NCBI GenBank assembly: GCA_018992685.1 | Contig: JACVGT010000042.1 | Location: forward strand, 1 to 39,260 | Direction of reading: 5' to 3' | DNA from: Theionarchaea archaeon | Lineage (GTDB): Archaea; Methanobacteriota_B; Thermococci; Methanofastidiosales; SZ-28-30 | DNA: 39,260 nucleotides | Part shown: in pieces, positions 37,701-39,260 of the stretch | How positions within the stretch are numbered: the stretch's first letter is position 1 | Layout: each line of letters begins with the position of its first letter | The notes under the pieces: generated by a model | What the model was told of the DNA's origin: nothing | Seen by the model: the letters and a program-made list of their open reading frames with translations, nothing else | Databases searched by the model: none | Position numbers and translations under genes: made by a program

Positions 37701-38875
37701 TTGCAGTGAGTGCAGGAACGGGCACACGAGTAGCTGTCATTCACCTCAGACGGTGCACAGGTACCATTGATGGATATCTCACAGATTCCCAGACTGGAGC
37801 ACCCATCGTGGGAGCCACAGTCAAACTCTCGGACATGAACAGGAACAGTGAGGTTTCGTTGTGGTCTCCCGGCGTGGACTACTACACAGATTACAGCAGA
37901 ACCCAGATATACCAGACGACCACTGATTCTCTAGGGTACTACCAGTTCACCCTTGTCCCATGGAATGACGCGAATACGTCCGGACTGAACAAAACGTGGG
38001 CATGGAGTGTGGTAGTCATCAAGACAGGGTATGCGGTGGGCACGAGCAATGCCGCAGTGGCGTGCGGTTCCACGAGTACGGTGAGCTTCACAGTTGATCC
38101 GTTGTGTGGAGTCTCTGGCACTGTGACATTTGACGTATTGTGTGCCACCACAAGCACGGTGACTGCTACCCAGGTTGCAGGCGGGGAAGAAGGACTCACT
38201 GAGTTTGGCTGGTCAACGAATGGTGTTGCCACCGTGACTACAAATGGAGGCAGTTACTATATCGGTCACTTGCACCCCGGAGCCTACAGCGTGACAGCCA
38301 CTGCAGGCAGCTGCATCATGAGCAGTCCATCCACACCCTATACGGGAGCTAATGCAGTAGCACTGAACTACAGGAAGACAACCCCAGATATTGACTTTGG
38401 ATTTGGCCTAGTTGGATCACCAAGTCCTGTGTCCGGATCTGAATCTGGATCTGAAACGGGAACAGGAACAACATCTGGTTCAGACTCTAGCAGTGGCTCG
38501 AGTTCTGAAACTGGTGACCAAGGATCCGGTAGCGAAGGAGATCAAGAGAGCGATTCTAGCAGTGGGAGCAGTACTACTCCCTCACAGGGCGGTCAGTCTC
38601 AGAGTCAGGAACCTGAACAGGGATCCTACTACAACAGACTCCTCAAAGAGGTAGCAGAAAACGTCGTTAAGCAGGCTAGAGCGCTGAAGAACAGGATCTA
38701 CGAAACGTTGGAAACAGATACCGTCCCAGATAATATCAGGCGGATGCTCACGCTGGCAGATTCCAACCTGGAGAATGCAGAGACGGCCCTCACTCAGCAG
38801 AACTACGTAGAGGTTCTCAAATTCGCGCAGACTGCCATTTCATACTACGAGAAGATCCTTCAAGAACTCACTTAA
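34736..38875 (+). CDS. 1379-aa secreted protein with tandem Cna-B/carboxypeptidase-regulatory-like domains, Ser/Gly linker and C-terminal helical domain
   Basis: Signal peptide; SdrD-like GTVYEDSNMNGVFDAGE; about a dozen 'G.V....G.P..GA.V....TD..G.Y....P.G.Y' units; no C-terminal TM; GGAGG RBS. Confidence 0.88.
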   Translation: MATTKRKVNGLLICVLLAGSMIILNSREVAAQSIGGTVYEDSNMNGVFDAGEGFLTGGTVFLDHPAGISIPIGGGGVYNLATSMGFHWVTVRIPGYKAVTKNVNVTGAMAVNFGMVPFESVTGRAVKTDGTGVVGMHVEVYDQTFTYVMETYTDAFGNYCIHGLPPGIYNLRIQKAEYFDQWKFNITVDGTTISGVQYNWHTTSNVDFTNLSYDHGMVFGTVNSGGNPLPGAVVEVPGLGLSTTTDVFGNYSIHNIPAGWFYIVAKKPGFQTGVELICVTNGTTGPTGPTIFNLVTATGLPIIQGSVTDGQQAIENALVEIPGLGWSYGTGLEIYTDKAGFYIFADYGASNSYTAHPLTAGKFNIVVRNEAGSVTDESDNHHKTNARIVTAQMGRVTVSDFRLEENYGIKFGRVINTDGIGVEGATVYVPYSPYKTVTDSNGVFAMKLPSETYSEDCDSAVLPYQTTRGFDEMTYCGMIDTFQTSCTGTPPDCHRMHKARYLIKAEKASYTVTLEYYIPVPGGPGLASPPDPCDLCENGIILNHRTGILKGQVYDAGGMPVTNGFVFVAGRDVPLLANGYFETHDVAPGIYTAAVIDPTRTILGRETGIHVYPDQITYEIINLGATPTTHFISGFIYSNKVIPDGAGNMIPDTNGYTAGASFDPGEGIYGVTVETTASSSYNATTDSYGFYCITGIDTTIAATTIVAVKTGYITIANPSVTPSFVLAFFSGFAGTAGATVSPMSKFRGSLSGRVTNESGRDVSSAIAAIWEPAMITDETDTNGFYIFDDVEYGSYLVMVCGGGACGIDYQVAFSQGSYAPVTVNGNVTKDITIEKMKGRVEGIVDDGANPLVDVAVRISGMYSASTDSAGYYTVLNVPSGTHTAYAYAYGYILQKHNNADQSIGIVGGQIATANFSLAAGIMNTGWADGFITLELTDGFCNIVARLNPSFDFALTDSEGYYLITNINSGTQYYVHGELANYEVSAAGPFAVSAGTGTRVAVIHLRRCTGTIDGYLTDSQTGAPIVGATVKLSDMNRNSEVSLWSPGVDYYTDYSRTQIYQTTTDSLGYYQFTLVPWNDANTSGLNKTWAWSVVVIKTGYAVGTSNAAVACGSTSTVSFTVDPLCGVSGTVTFDVLCATTSTVTATQVAGGEEGLTEFGWSTNGVATVTTNGGSYYIGHLHPGAYSVTATAGSCIMSSPSTPYTGANAVALNYRKTTPDIDFGFGLVGSPSPVSGSESGSETGTGTTSGSDSSSGSSSETGDQGSGSEGDQESDSSSGSSTTPSQGGQSQSQEPEQGSYYNRLLKEVAENVVKQARALKNRIYETLETDTVPDNIRRMLTLADSNLENAETALTQQNYVEVLKFAQTAISYYEKILQELT

Positions 38876-38895
38876 CTTCTTCTTTTTTCCTTTTT
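38876..38895 (+). terminator. Oligo-T terminator
   Basis: cttcttcttttttccttttt after the stop. Confidence 0.7.
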
Positions 38896-38899
38896 AAAT

Positions 38900-39002
38900 T
38901 ACTATCGTAATAGTAATTTCAATTCACTACCCGAACGAGCCAGTATTCTTTCTTACTACTTAAATAGTATCTTTTTTAGGAAAAGCAACTATCATAATAG
39001 TA
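38900..39002. promoter_or_regulatory. Cluster of three TACTAT-N4-ATAGTA-type sites
   Basis: TACTATcgtaATAGTA 38900-15, TACTACttaaATAGTA 38954-69, AACTATcataATAGTA 38987-39002; two TATA boxes follow (about 39056 and 39082). Confidence 0.7.
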
Positions 39003-39207
39003 GTATTACAGGATTAGACCCTAGAAGAATATTTATTTATATTCAAAATAAAGACCTTATATAGGATGAATGACCGAAAAGTATTTAAAGGGTAATAATC
39101 ATAAGCATTTAGCAAAGAATCAGAACTCAAATCCAAAATAATGGCAAGATATATTCCCTTGTCATTGAGGATGAAGTCTGACGAACCAATAGTAGGAGGT
39201 AAAAAAG

Positions 39208-39260
39208 ATGGAAAACAAACCAGCGAAGAGAGGCTTAAGCCTCTTCATATGCATCATACT
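39208..39260 (+). CDS. Start of an exported protein (truncated by window end)
   Basis: AGGAGGT RBS, then MENKPAKRGLSLFICII... Confidence 0.75.
   Translation, partial: MENKPAKRGLSLFICII

Overview
Archaeal chromosomal segment: BRE/TATA promoters, GGTGA/GGAGG ribosome-binding sites, pan, aMBF1, mer, and a Thermococci/Methanococci-type S-layer C-terminus. The gene mix suggests a Thermococci-related lineage such as Theionarchaea; this is inference only. The window is dominated by cell-surface functions: the end of an S-layer gene, a type IV pilus assembly operon without pilins (ATPase, two TadC/FlaJ proteins, prepilin peptidase), a 2183-aa DUF11 surface protein, a 1379-aa Cna-B/carboxypeptidase-regulatory-like repeat protein, a membrane-anchored FKBP and the start of another exported protein. 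It also has three KaiC-superfamily proteins (MEDS-PAS-GAF-DUF835, GvpD-like, and one with a degenerate P-loop), housekeeping and metabolic genes (ADP-forming acyl-CoA synthetase beta subunit, carbamate kinase, mer, geranylgeranyl reductase, pan) and tRNA-Gly(TCC). Features read from the raw sequence and absent from the ORF track: (1) a C/D box sRNA in front of mer whose D guide predicts 2'-O-methylation of 16S C1402; (2) a recurring palindrome TACTAT-N4-ATAGTA upstream of the pilus operon and the surface-protein genes, a candidate surface regulon; (3) an orphan reverse promoter nearly identical to the giant-protein operon promoter, whose predicted transcript is complementary to the RBS of the 1379-aa gene; (4) small Zn-finger and ribbon-helix-helix ORFs; (5) a FIMAH-like gene relic beside the tRNA. 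A duplicated Lrp-like regulator also shares a palindromic TATA box with a small secreted two-Cys peptide. No CRISPR array, transposase or integrase was seen. All calls are by eye, without database searches.
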